From Spongospora subterranea f. sp. subterranea (taxonomy: Eukaryota): a stretch of 64,000 nt of DNA. The position numbers and the translations under genes were made by a program. How positions within the stretch are numbered: position 1 is the stretch's first letter; each line of letters starts with the position of its first letter. The notes under the pieces were generated by a model. It was not told the origin of the DNA. It searched no databases and worked only from the letters and a program-made list of their open reading frames with translations. Shown piece by piece: positions 40,101 to 53,000 of this stretch. The DNA lies in the NCBI GenBank assembly GCA_049724395.1, contig JAUGWO010000010.1, forward strand, positions 1 to 64,000. The letters are read 5' to 3'.

Positions 40101-43100
40101 AGGTAGCGACCTGATCCAGACCCAGGGCGACAGGGGGCAGGTGCAGGACGGCAGGCGAGCAACGCAATGGTGCCGCCCGCCCTGATCCATGGCACTCGAT
40201 CGTCACTTCCCGACCTAGCCCAGACCGCAACTTGATCGGAATCGACACGGCCGAACATTCCAACGCCCGATAAACTACACGAACCTGATATAGACCACAT
40301 TCAATAACAAACTCAAAATCACGTAAAAATAATGATAAACCATTTGAAACTATTTCTAAAACCCCATTTTCGTTTTTCATTCACATCAATTGTACGCTTG
40401 CAGAAAAGACTAAATTGAAAACAATTAAATGCGAAAACTGATGATTCAAATAAACTATATATGTTTTCTGTTTCGGCGACACAAATCGCAGTACGAAAAC
40501 CGATTTTGATATTATCTGGGAATTTTGGCGAAATTCAATTGTAAATGGCGAATCAATGACGACCTGTTGTTGAGATCCTGGGAGAATATGAAACAAGGGC
40601 GGGTCGACCGCAACCTGATATGATGGGGACAGGACACCGCATCGCTGCACGACCAGGGATGGGTTCCGAACCGTCATCGGCAGCCAGGTCCTCGACCCGA
40701 TCGCACACTCCCCGAACTGCATCGCCACCGGTTCCACGATCAGATCGCCTGACGTCAACCGGGCTCGAATTACAGCATTAATAGCGTCCTGGTTCGCCAT
40801 TTCCAGGCGAATCGGAATCTCGATCAAATCTGAACCCAGTTTCATTGTGTTTTCCAAACTTGGTTTGGTGAAAACAAAACAAAACAAAAAAAAACTTCAC
40901 AAACGCGTGCGATTTTGTATGAAGAAATGTTCAAAGTTGAATACCCGTTGAGCCGGTGGTAAGAAATCGGTCGAATAGGTCGCGGGACGATGGATTGAAC
41001 GATAGTTGGATCTGGGAGGACGAAGCCCCATGGACGAAAACAGATCGGGGGCGGGCCCTAATTAGGGGCCGGGCGTGGCGATCTACGACACAAACGACCT
41101 TGACGAGCTGCGACGAGCGATTTCGGACCTGAATCGATTGGCGGTATTGCTCCCCGATAATACAGCACTCGTAATCGAGAACGGGGCTGTCGATATATAT
41201 CGGGACCTGACATGAATCCCCATGGAGCTCAACAGCGATTTCCGATGGCGATCCCCATTGACCGCCATCGTTGTCGAACACGACCAGAACCTGACCGGTG
41301 TCGTTGCGATCGGGCGCCGATGGCCGATATTCCAGTTTGATTGTGGCCTGGGAGTATGGAGAGATTGTCCCTGGTGGGGGTATCGTCCATTCCTCCTCCC
41401 GGCCCTGTTTGAGAATCGAATGGAAAGAGGCGGGGATGGCGCCATTGTTGGCGAAAGCGATAGGGATAACGGAGGATTGACCATGAATAACGGTGGAGAA
41501 TTCGAGGACGGATGGCGTTAGTAGAGCGATGGACGTCTTGCGAACTAGGGCCACAAGCGGGATCGAGAAGGGGCCGGTTTCAGCCAGGAAATCGATTCGG
41601 GTGCGAATATCGGTGATGGAGTCGATCGGGGGACGGAATATGATCGTGACGATGACCGTGATACCGGCCGACATCTTACCAGGACGGTCGTACACGATCT
41701 CGAATAGCTCGGCGTATAAGGGATCGGGGATCCCGACCAGACGGAATGTGTTGTCGCCGAACGACACGTTCGTGATCGACACGCGACTCCGCATTACGCT
41801 TGAACCTACATCGATAAACTCGATCTGGAACGGCGTCACGATTAATAATGAGGAATAAAATATCAATCAATCTCAATAAAAGTTAATCGACTGATCTGAA
41901 CAATTCTACAACTCGTGTTTTCTGTTCAATCTAACGGCGGAACATGGCATCAATGTGAATTGATTGATGAAATTGGATAGTTGTTGTGATATTCTATACC
42001 GATTGTGGATTTGCCAGGAAATATGGACCTGGATATGATTTTCCGCAAATCCGTTTGGCAGTTCCGTTGAGAATGCGGTCATGTCTCCTGGCCACCGCCT
42101 CCTCCACCTTCTTCACCTGATCCGCCCCTGGTTTCGGTAGCCCTTCCATACTACTGGCCTTCCTGATTAACCCCTCCACCTCCAACTCCACCCCAGGATG
42201 TCGCGCCATCACCGCTTCCACCACCCGATCCGTTGCCCGCCCCGTCCCGAAACTCGCCGTCTTCACAACCGCCAATTCCGATGGATAAACTCCTGGCACC
42301 AGAACCGCGTCTTCTTTCATGGCCCTCGTCAACCGCTCGTCGTCGACTCGATTGCTAGCGCTTTCCGCAACGGCGACCAACGCCTTCTCGTGGCGCTTCG
42401 CTTCCTGCGCTGAATCCTGTCGATGCTGTTCGTTTATTCTGGCCATGATCTCCATCTCTCTCAAAGTGGCGTCGGCCAAGTCTTGCCCTTTCTTCCTGGC
42501 CAACATCCGCTCCTGCAGGCGATGTCTGACAATGCCATCGGTGTTGCCTTCCACTATCGACTGTTTCTCCTGTTGAATTTGTTTATCCCGATTCGCGGTT
42601 CGAGAGCGCATCATCGCACCGGATTTCTCGATATCATTCTTCAGCTTGAGAACTCCTTCAACGAAGTGCTGTTTCCTGATTTGTTGCTTGCCTTCTATTG
42701 CAGTTTGAGCCTAAAATACAATAATATATCTCAAGTTTAAAGAACAAACCCTAAAAATCAAATTACCTGATGGATGGCCTTATGAGTTTTGGCCAAACGA
42801 TTAATGGCTTTCCTGTTCAAGACTGTCACGATATCCTGTTCCTTCTTGGCCTGTTCTTGTCCGGTTTTGATCTTGGCCTGGGTGGCGTTCTCCTGTCGTT
42901 CTCGTTCCAGACCTCTTCTGGTCTCTGCCTGTTTCCGTCTGGCCGTTAGCTCCTTTGTGATCACACTTCTCTCCTATTGGGCACAATTGCCGATCAGACC
43001 CCCATTATTCGAAAACAACTCTAACGATGAAAGGAATATTAAACCAGAAAATTCACTTCCAAAAACTGTTGTGTATTCGAAATTCGCATTGAAACCGACC

Positions 43101-43700
43101 TGAAAAAGCACAATCTGTGTATTCATCACTGAATCGCTTTCGTTTTTCAATCGAGAATGTGCCACTTTTCTCTTGCTCAACGCGCTTTCTTTGGCGTCGA
43201 ACTCCTGTTTGGCGGAATGAAGTTGGGCGAGTTTCGCGCTAAATTCCTTCTGGTTGGCAGAAAGGGTTCGGGCCAGGTCAGCTTTCATCGTCCTTCGCTG
43301 CACACCTTGAATCGTATCGGCCGCTGCCAATTGCTGCTGCAACTCCGTTATTCTGGACGACATCGTCTTGATGTCTCGGTCGATTTCCTGAACGTTAGCC
43401 GTCAATCGGTCTAATTCATTTTGCCGTTGCAACATATCAAGTTCGGAAGTTTCGAATACGGCTTTCGCCCTGAGTTTTTGCGATATTTCCTGGATGTCAG
43501 CCAGGTGTGTATAGCCAGAAATGGCGCCGCCAACTTCGTGCTTCTCTATAACTTTCAGCTCAGATTCGGCGTCTTTTCTCCTGGGGGAAGGTGATACGCT
43601 CGTTTTGCTCGGCAAAGCTGAGATGTTTGCCGGGTGATTCACCCATTGAGTTGCGTTCCGATGCCATTGAGCATGAACTGGGCGGCTTATTGCCACAGTT
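37140..43700 (-). CDS. CFAP74-like axonemal protein (coiled-coil N-terminus plus tandem ASH/PapD-like Ig domains), multi-exon; ends approximate
   Basis: Coiled-coil exons followed by ISITNVSFGDNTFRL, GKMSAGITVIVTIIFRP, LAETGPFSIP and repeated F/Y-G..C..G...NxS Ig motifs. Confidence 0.65.
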
Positions 43701-44385
43701 CTATTTCTAGAGCAATGAGCGTGTGAGATGATGGCAGAGTTGAGTCAGGTGGTGGTCGATCATATCACTGACACCATCATCCAGTCACATCCGTCATTGT
43801 TGTAGCATAACCGGTAGACATGCACCGGCAATGATAAACAACTGCGGTCAAAATCTCAAACGCTGTTGATCGGATAATGTCGGGTAGAGTGTAAAACGGC
43901 TAAGTTGGAGTCCGGAGGTCTATGATTCTGAATTGAAAATGGAATCCTTGCAAGTGATAGGTTTAGCAGTCTTCACCACTTGACAGCAGAAGTTCATCAG
44001 AATTCAGCAGCCAAAAATCAGGGGAAACCCCATATGAACTCGAGAAGTTCAATGGACCCGCTAACTCTCCCAAACACAGATGTGTATGTACTCGCTATCC
44101 ATCAACGACCGCAACCCAATACTGAATGGCAGGGAAGATAGTGAACAAAAACACCCGTTCCGTTGGCAATTTTATGAAAGAATCAGCACCACCTCACGTT
44201 TATTAATATCACAACCTATTGTGATTACGAGAGCCGAGAGGACATTAGAGATTCACAGACCCGTCACCTTGGATAGATCAAACGGCGATTCGGAGTCGAC
44301 AGGGTCACGCACTGTTGGATCAGCAATCAATTTGGGGTTGTAACTGGATATCCACAATTACACAACTATCGATCATAATCGATAT

Positions 44386-45183
44386 ATGATTGTTATGTCG
44401 AGGTTCACCCGTTTTCTGGCTACGGTCGCCAAGAAGTCTGCGTCGGGACCTGTGAAACAACAGGAAAGGAAACCGGCTACTGCCTACGCTTTGTTTTGCA
44501 ATGAAAAGTTTCAGGAGTTGGAACACCTTCACATTCCAGGTAATTGATCATAGCTGATTATTATTCATTCGACTTAAGGCAAGGCTGATTGTTGCAAAAT
44601 CAGAGCGTGTGCGAATTGCTTCAAAGGAATGGAAGAATATGGATTCCGATAGAAAGAAAAAATACTACGACCAAGCTCGGGATTATAGAAAGTTGAGTGG
44701 CAGCAGAGAAATAAGAGGGGTGCAATGGACAAAAGGCCACCAACCTCGTACAACTTATTTATACGCAAGTTGATAAATGAAAGGAATCCCGGGAGCACCT
44801 CGATGGAAGTACTCTCAGTGGCAGCGTCGAAATGGAACTCTATGAATGCTGTTGAAAAGCAACCGTTCATTACAAGGTCACAAGCGCTATCTGAAGCATT
44901 CAACAAACCAAAATCTGTTCGCCCTAATTCTGCAACCAGTCCATATGCTCAGTTCATTAAAGCAAAATTCAATGAAGTAAGAAAATCTTTGCCTTCAGGT
45001 AAGCCTTTCCGCCATAATGCTTAAACGTGATTACCAATTAAAATTACAGATACGTCAACACAGGAAATTTTCAGACAATTGTCAGCAACGTGGAAATCGT
45101 TGCCTGAGCAAGAGAAGACCCCGTTCGTAAAAGCAGGGCAACGAGAAAAGCAAAAAAATGAAAGAGTTACAGGAGGAGAGTAA
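44386..45183 (+). pseudogene. Degenerate copy of the triple HMG-box gene
   Basis: Paralog of 46740..47584 with small indels in exon 2 (~44610-44695) that disturb the frame. Confidence 0.65.
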
Positions 45184-45219
45184 CGCTGAGCATTTGCTTC
45201 TCTGAACCAACGCCATCAT

Positions 45220-46449
45220 AATCGCATTGACAACGAAATAAATTATACTCTACCCGTTTTAAAAAAACTGGTCGATACGGCTTTTTCAAGTCAGGTATCG
45301 ACCAATTGTTATGGAAAGGCGGTAGTAGTTTGTTTGCCAAAATGTTGGTCGTGGGCGTTCGGTGCCGTATACCCAAAATTGCCGGCATCGTAGCATACCT
45401 TCATAATCGAAGTGGCATCTTTTCTGGTTTGATGAGCGCGGACCGCTGATTTGATCGGAATTCAATATGGAAAGCGGTTGGTAAATGAAGTCGCCACCAT
45501 GATATCTGGATACGCTTGACGAGAAACGTTATACGAAACATCTTCAGTAATTTGTTTTTACATGCGATTAATGGTTGGTGACCTGGTATGGTGAATAAAA
45601 ATAATATCATTGACACCTTCAAGACTGTTAAGGTCGCCCCATTCTTGGCGGTCTTAGTGGACAACGGTACAGATGAATCCATAGTTGGTGTGAGAACATC
45701 AACAAATGAATGATTCAGAAACGCAGTTCGGAACACATCAGCACGATATTTCAGGACTGCCTGCACTTGTGCCCCATGCAACCAGTAAATCTGGGAGTGT
45801 AATTCCAGAATCGATTGAGTCCTCAATGCCTGCAATATAATTGCTGAATATGTTGCATTTGTGGTGTAGTCGACCATGCTCATGCCTAAAAAAATATCTC
45901 AATCTGGAACCTTGGCACCCGAGTTGTTGAAAAGGGGATTGCAATAATTAGAACAAGAATAAAGGTTCAATTTTCTGCGGTATTCCCATCCACCGCTGTT
46001 TGAAATAGCAAATTGTAAAAATTGAGAAGGTGTATCAGGGATTACTGAACATGGCGGTGAGCCATGGCGAATCCGTGCCGGATCATGGCCATATTTGATA
46101 TGTGGTATTCACGATGTAAGCATTGACCATACGCCCATACACCACAGCGACTCCAGAGAACGCTAAACAAATAAAACTGAAGCCAACAAACAGCTTCCAA
46201 ATAACAGTATAACCAATGACGGGTTAGTTCCATCAAAGGCTTGTGCTTTAACTCAAATAGATGTAGAGGTGCTCGAAAGCTTTTCAAGGTCAAATTGTGG
46301 GTTTAATCCATAAGGTTCATCGGTGAGCCAATTATACTCGTAATCAATCTAGGGAATGGATGTCGATTTAAAGCTGAATCGGAAAGACTTTGCAGACGGA
46401 ATCCGTTTTCAAAGATCAGAGAAAGTCAAACGTTGATACATGGTTGCAC
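45220..46449 (-). pseudogene. 5'-truncated, degenerate copy of the S9 oligopeptidase 3' half
   Basis: Homologous to ~47580-48772; the catalytic WGASAGG becomes WGTSAG followed by a deletion and frameshift. Confidence 0.8.
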
Positions 46450-46739
46450 ACTAAAGTGATCAAAAACACCGATATTGGCCCGTTCCGTTGGCAATAATGA
46501 ACGGATCGGCCCTAACATACATTGTATCAACACCACTACAGCCTATCGCAATACGAGAGGACTGGGAGATCATTAGCGTTTCACAGACCCGTCACCTAAA
46601 CGGCGATTCGGAGTCGACAGGGTCACGCACTGTTGGATCAGCATGTCTGCTACTGTTACTGATTACTGATTGAGTGACATCAATTTGGGGTTGTAACTGG
46701 ATATCCACAGATTACACAACTATCGATCATAATCAATAT

Positions 46740-47584
46740 ATGATTGTTATGTCGAGGTTCACCCGTTTTCTGGCTACGGTTGCCAAGAAGTCTGCGCCGG
46801 TACCTGTGAAACAACAGAAAAGGAAACCGGCTACTGCTTACGCTTTGTTTTGCAACGAAAAGTTTCAGGAGTTGGAACACCTTCACATTCCAGGTAACTG
46901 ATCATAGCTGATCATTATTCATCCGACGTTGAGACAAGGCTGATTGATGCAATTAGAACGTGTGCGAGCCATTTTCAAAGAATGGAAGAATATGGATTCC
47001 GATAGCAAAAAAAAATACTACGACCAAGCTCAGGATTATAAAGCTGAGTGGCAGCAGAGAAATAAGAAGGGCGCGATAGACAAGAGGCCGCCAACCTCAT
47101 ACAACTTATTTATACGCAAGTTCATCAGTGAAAGGGATCCCGGGAGCAGCGCGCGGGAATTTATCCCAGCGGCAGCATTAAAATGGAAATCTATGAATGC
47201 TGTCGAAAAGCAACCGTTCATTACTGAGTCACAAGCACTATCTGAAGAATTCAACAAACCAAAATTTGTTCGCCCTAAGTCTGCAACCAGTCCATATGCT
47301 CAGTTTATTAAAGCGAAGTACAATGAAGTCAGAAAATCTTTGCCTTCGGGTAAGCCTTTCCACCATAAGCCTCTCCACCATAATGCTTAACATATCCACC
47401 AAATGAAATTACAGATACTTCATTTCAGGAGATTAGCCGACAAATGTCAGCAACGTGGAAATCGTTGCCTGAGCAAGAGAAGAACGTGTTTGTCGAAGCA
47501 GGACAACGAGAAATGCAAAAAAAAAAGAGTATCTGGAGGACGGTAACGCTGAGCAGTAGATTTGCTGAGCCAACGCCATCATAA
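46740..47584 (+). CDS. Triple HMG-box protein with a putative mitochondrial presequence (TFAM/Abf2-like); stop position depends on an A10 run
   Basis: MSRFTRFLATVAKK leader; three boxes: KPATAYALF..EWKNM, RPPTSYNLF..KWKSM, SATSPYAQF..TWKSLPEQEK; two short introns. Confidence 0.8.
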
Positions 47585-49892
47585 TCGCATTGACAGCGAA
47601 ATAAAATATAGTTTCCTTGCCGAATGTTGGTCTTGGGGTTGCGGTGCCGTATACCCAAAATGGCCAGCATCGTAGCATACCTTCATTATCGAAATGGCAT
47701 CCTTTCTGGTTTGATGAGCGCGGACACGCTGAAGATATTTGATCGGAATCCAATATGGAACGCGGTTATCCATTAACGACGTCGTGACCATGATATCTGG
47801 ATACGCTTGACGAGAAACGTTCTACGTAAATACCTCAGCAATTGTTTCAAAGAGCGGTTGATTGTTGGTGACCTGGTATGGTGAATAGGAGAGAATATTA
47901 TCGAAATCTCGAAGAATGTTAGGGTCACCCCATTCCTGGTGGTCTTGAATGGACAATGGTAGAGATGAATCCATAGTCGGTGTGAGAAACATCAACGAAT
48001 GGATGATCCAGAACCGCAGTTCGGAACAAATCCGCACGAGAATTCAGAACGGACGCGACGCAGAGCCCACCTGCGCTTGCTCCCCATGAACACAGTAACT
48101 CTGGGCGTGTGATTCCAGACTCGATTAGATGCTCAATGCATGCGATATAATCGCTGAATGTGTTGCATTTTTGGTGAAGTCGACCTTGCTCATGCCTAGA
48201 AAAAATATTATCAATCTGAAACCTTGGCGCCTTGATTGATAAAGGTTCACCATTTTTTGCCGTACTCCCCTCCACCGCTGTTGAAATGGTAAGTTGTAGA
48301 GTCTGAGAAGATGTAGCAAGGATTACCGAACATGGCAGTGAGCAATGGCGAATCCGTGCCGGATCATGGCCATATTTGATATGTCGTATTCAGGATGTAA
48401 ACATTGACCATACGCCCCATAAACCACAGCGATCACAGGAACGCTGAACAAGCAAAATCAACGCCAGCAAACAGCTTTCAGCTGCCAGTATCACCTATGA
48501 TGGTTCATTGACAAATCTCGTCGATACGTTAGAGTAATTGGTATTTTTGTTCCATCGTTGCTTTGGGCTTCAACTCGATTCGATACATAATCGCTCGATA
48601 GCTTCTCAAGTGCGGATTGCCGGCTCAATTCATGAAGTTCATCGCTGCGCCAATTATACTCGTAAGTAATCTCGGGAATAAATGTCGATTCAAAACTGAA
48701 TCGGAAAGACTGTGCAGACGGAATCTGTAATCGTAAATTAAAAGAAAGTCAAAACGCTGAAACATGGTTGCACCTTATTTATTCCAGGGCGAAGAGTTCC
48801 TGGGACATTGTGGTTTAGAGCAACGGAAACACATTTCGACCCATCAATATCAATAACAAGAACCCGGTCTGACCCTAAAGCGCTCCTCAATAACTGTCTG
48901 ACACGAACAGCAAATACTAGACTTACCATTATCGCGAACATATAATACGACGCGATCGTTGAAGTAATCGGCGTCCTTAATGATGACCCCTACGTCTGGA
49001 ACGTAGATATCCTCCCAGAGATCAGGACTTCCAACTGGATATCGTAGCAACTTATAATCAACGCGATCGAAGTTCGTTATTAGATAGAGATGAATCCGTT
49101 CACGTGTTCCACAAAGTAATCAATGTTGTGCTGTCTTGGACGAACACAATAAGGAATATAATCCGGAACAGATAAACATATTAACCAGGCTTCGGTGGCA
49201 GATTTTGACGCCGATGTAATTACGGCATGCGATCCATCTTTCGTACGAGCTATATTGACCAGAAAAGTTTCATCGTGTTCCTGGAATATGGTCTGTCGCG
49301 TCCCGTTTTCAACATTATACAGAACAACACGATCAGGTCTCAATTTCTCGTCGGCCATCGTACACAATAACAGGCTGTTTCCGATCCAGACAATGGAAAC
49401 AATCCCGCGAAGGGGCTCCAAAAGCATAGCGCTATCAGCACGTTTAACCAATACCATGCACCGATCCACATCGTCCTGTATTGGAATTAGGGCTGCAATA
49501 AACTGATCGTCGTCAGAGATGATCAATTCGTGTATATCGCCTCCCCAATCCGGAACAGTTTTGGAAAGCTGGTCGCTGTCGAACACAACCTGTTCTCGTT
49601 TGCTGTGAATATCTCGCCTGCACAATGCGCTTGAGTGTTGATCAAGGAAGTAATTATATCGATTATTCGCTGTCAACTTATCAACGAGATTGCAGTCAAC
49701 GACGGCTCGCCGAAAGTTGGCGAATGTGGGGAGAAATGAGGAGGACGGCTTAGTGAAGTCATTATAGCGCCTGTTCTCTGACCGGATCAACCTGGTAAGA
49801 CGCGATGACCGCTTCTCGATCCATTTATACTGATCTAGGAACTGGCGCCCATGCCACCATCGTATAAATTTGCTGGCGTCCCCAGCGCCCAT
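47579..49892 (-). CDS. Prolyl oligopeptidase family S9A (oligopeptidase B/PREPL-like), multi-exon
   Basis: DQYKWIE N-terminus, beta-propeller region, YGAYG, FAIAH, WGASAGGL nucleophile elbow, DNRVPYW. Confidence 0.85.
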
Positions 49893-50243
49893 AGATCGGT
49901 ATCGAGATTAATCAATCACCGTCGGCAATGGTGTAGAGAGAAGAAACTGGTGGGGGCAATTATGGAGGCAGAGCTGACCAGAGAGAGGACTGTGCAAGAC
50001 TAGGCGCCACCAGGGTATACCATAGTTGTTCATGCCATAAAAGTTCACCATAAGCCAGATATTGGTTATTGAGTAAGGCACTACAGTAATTTTGTTGCGA
50101 TAATTGACTCCCATAACGGCCCCTTATTTACAGTCAGACACCAGATTATTGCGAGGGCTTTTAAACTACCCATAATTGGTCAGGGATTGCGATAAAGAAC
50201 TCCAACAACTGCCCAAAGTTATTACGTAGCGACTGTGAGCAAT

Positions 50244-50741
50244 TTATTGCGATAAGGACTCTCTGAAGTTCTTGGATTTATATGACTGTTTTATACGATC
50301 ACATGTGATCAATATAGTGAATGCGGTTAAACACCCAAACACGTAGGCGCCACCACCGATCAGAGACACCGCCGTCCAACTGAGGTTCACCGGCGTAACG
50401 AAATCGATGCGGGCTTGGGCCATCTCCATCGCCTCACCATCTGTAATCATATTCAGATCTTGCCTACCGTTGCTCAGCGGCAGGATGTTTGAATACCAGC
50501 TGTCGCCGAGATGGCCAGCATCAATATCAAGCCGGAAATTAGGCGCATAGCGATCAGCAATAGATCGTTGACCGATATTAAACAGGCAGTCTTTGCCAGA
50601 CTGAACCGTACTGGTCCAAAGGATCTCGGCACCACTGCCAGCATCAAATTTTCTTCTAACAATAGTCAAGACACGAAACAAATGGTAAATCGTCGAATGC
50701 AACAGCTGTCTATCAGCGAAGTGGACGATGGAGATTTGCAC
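50244..50741 (-). CDS. Hypothetical protein with a C-terminal TM helix (probably the last exon(s) of a small gene)
   Basis: 165-codon ORF ending in a hydrophobic segment and basic tail; no recognised family. Confidence 0.35.
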   Translation of the reverse strand: MQISIVHFADRQLLHSTIYHLFRVLTIVRRKFDAGSGAEILWTSTVQSGKDCLFNIGQRSIADRYAPNFRLDIDAGHLGDSWYSNILPLSNGRQDLNMITDGEAMEMAQARIDFVTPVNLSWTAVSLIGGGAYVFGCLTAFTILITCDRIKQSYKSKNFRESLSQ

Positions 50742-51419
50742 GAATTGCGCAAGAATTAAGTCGACAGACGCTTTCCTCCCCAGGTATTTGTTTCAAAATT
50801 CAAACAAACCCGGTCACCATTACATGGCACAAATATACACTGTTTGATACAACTCCAAAAACATTTTTGCATACGTGCGGGTCTAGACGTAATCAATTTG
50901 GTTGTTCTATGAACAGCACGTAGCAAAGTCTTTCACAGGCGGTGCTTTCGGGGCTACCTCCACTTTGTCAGAAAAATTGATTTCTCTCATCAAGCATGGT
51001 TTTAAGGGGCATTACTGTATTCATTTAAAAATCTTTTTACAGGACGAAGCCAGTAATGTTTCGAAGTGACGAGGTATGGATGTCGGGTGTCGACAGCTAA
51101 ATCTAGCTCTGCAGTGCGACGACACTCAGTACCCAAGATTGGGCATTTGCAAACCTGGCGGCTGGCGCTGACGACGCGCTGGATGTGTGAATACCAATAG
51201 CCACAACCTTTTAGAAGAGACAAGACCTGCAGAGTGAAAGGTTGAAGATGCGATGGGGAAGACCGGGAAACAGAGAGGAGGTGCAGTTCTGACAGTGACA
51301 CGGGGACGATATCAGAGTGTCAGCCCTATGTAACAGAGATTAGCGCTACCTACCGTTGGTAAGCCAGCCACGCCCATACAGAGAGAGGTTGGGGTGGTCG
51401 CCAACAAAAGGGATTAGGG

Positions 51420-52952
51420 ATGATGGCGTCCGAACTGGACCCATGCGTTGAGAGGACATTTAGAGGGATTCGCGGCTCTGTAACATCCGTCGCATTCAAC
51501 CCCAATATGAAACAGGTTGTCACCGCATCTGATGACAATATCGTCACTGTCTGGAATTTCAAACCGGATATGCGGGCTTTCAGATTCGTTGGCCATACGG
51601 TTGGCACCCAGTTTTTGGGTAAACCCAAATACGCTGACTTGTTTACAGGCCGCGGTTTTGGGAGTGGATTTTAGCTCAAGCGGGCGACTGGTAGCATCTG
51701 CTTCAAAGGATGGAACATTGAGATTTTGGCAGCCTCGTGTTAAAGGGACGTCGACGCTTATAAACGCTCATACATCAGCTTCTGTTTTCAGTGTTCGGTT
51801 TTCCAGCGACGATAAATACGCCTTGACCACTTCAAATGATAAAACCCTTAAGGTAAATTGGTTTGAAAACACCTTTGATTCGGAAACTGAATTGTGTGTC
51901 AAGATATGGGAAGTCGACACTCAAAAATTTAATTCATCATTCACTGGTCATCAACATTGGGTGAGAAGCGCCTGTTTTAGTCCCGACTCCCGACTGATTG
52001 TTTCTGGCGGTGATGACAAAACAGTTCGCCTATGGGATACATCTACTCAGAAGAATATCCATATATTTTATGATCATTCAGGGTAATAGAATTCGCTGCA
52101 CTAACATAAAGCCATTCATCGATAATGCTAGGACGGTGAATTGCGTGGGATTTTTCCCAAATGGCAGTTTGGTTGCTGGAGCTGGTGCTGACAAGACTAT
52201 CAAAATATGGGATATCCGCACTAACAAACTTCTGCAGCACTACAATGCCCATGATGACCAAATCAACTCTATCGATTTTCATGCGAATGGCAGCTTCCTG
52301 ATATCGGGATCTGACGATGCGACCTTAAAGGTAAACCAACTGTTGTGAGTGTGTAGCTAGTACAAATCATATGTGGTTTAGGTATGGGACCTGAAAGAAG
52401 GCCATCAGTTATACACGGTTCGGGGACACACGTCGTCAGTCAAAGCCGTATCATTTTCCCAAAACGGAGAATATTTTTGTTCTGCAGGTTTGTTCCTTCG
52501 CCGCCTACTAGTATTTCATCTCAGTATTATCGATAGGAGCCGATAAACTAGTAATGGTTTGGAAAACCAATTTCGATCGTCCATTACCAAGTGTGGAAGG
52601 GATTACTACAAAATCTCAGGCAACAGTATCACGTCCGAAAATAGGGCCAAAACGAATCGCGCGCTCGCAGCCACCAGCCTCTGTCATTCAAGAAACTCCG
52701 ATTCCAGAAGCGGAAACACCTGTACCTATAGGTTTGCAACCTGCCAAACCTGAGTCGCATTCAAGGGACTCTGAAAGCCCGATGGCCGCCGAAATTGCCT
52801 CGACGCTGGCGCATATAGTCAATCAATTGGATGTAATACGCAACACAATGACTCTCTTTGATCAAAGGCTGACTCTACAAGAAAACATCATCAGTCGATA
52901 TGTTTCTGATAAGCCTCAAGATTCGACTCAAGCAACGCAGCCTCTACAGTAG
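51420..52952 (+). CDS. POC1: Centriolar WD40 protein POC1
   Basis: DPCVERTFRG, VWNFKPDMRAFRFVGH, WDIRTNKLLQHY, MVWKTNFD and C-terminal TLAHIVNQLDVI..T....DQRLTLQE coiled coil. Confidence 0.95.
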
Positions 52953-53000
52953 GGGATACAACCTAAACTATTGAACATTATATAATAGTCATTGTTAAAC

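Larger units (their letters stand above)
44153..48772. repeat. ~2.3-kb tandem segmental duplication (44153-46449 and 46479-48772)
   Basis: Both copies start near CCCGTTCCGTTGGCAAT and end at CATGGTTGCAC; each contains the HMG gene and the 3' part of the peptidase gene. Confidence 0.9.

Noticed and set aside
47557..47584. Overlapping stop codons of the convergent HMG and peptidase genes
   Set aside because: The overlap depends on the length of an A10 homopolymer; a one-base change gives a stop at 47557-47559 with no overlap.
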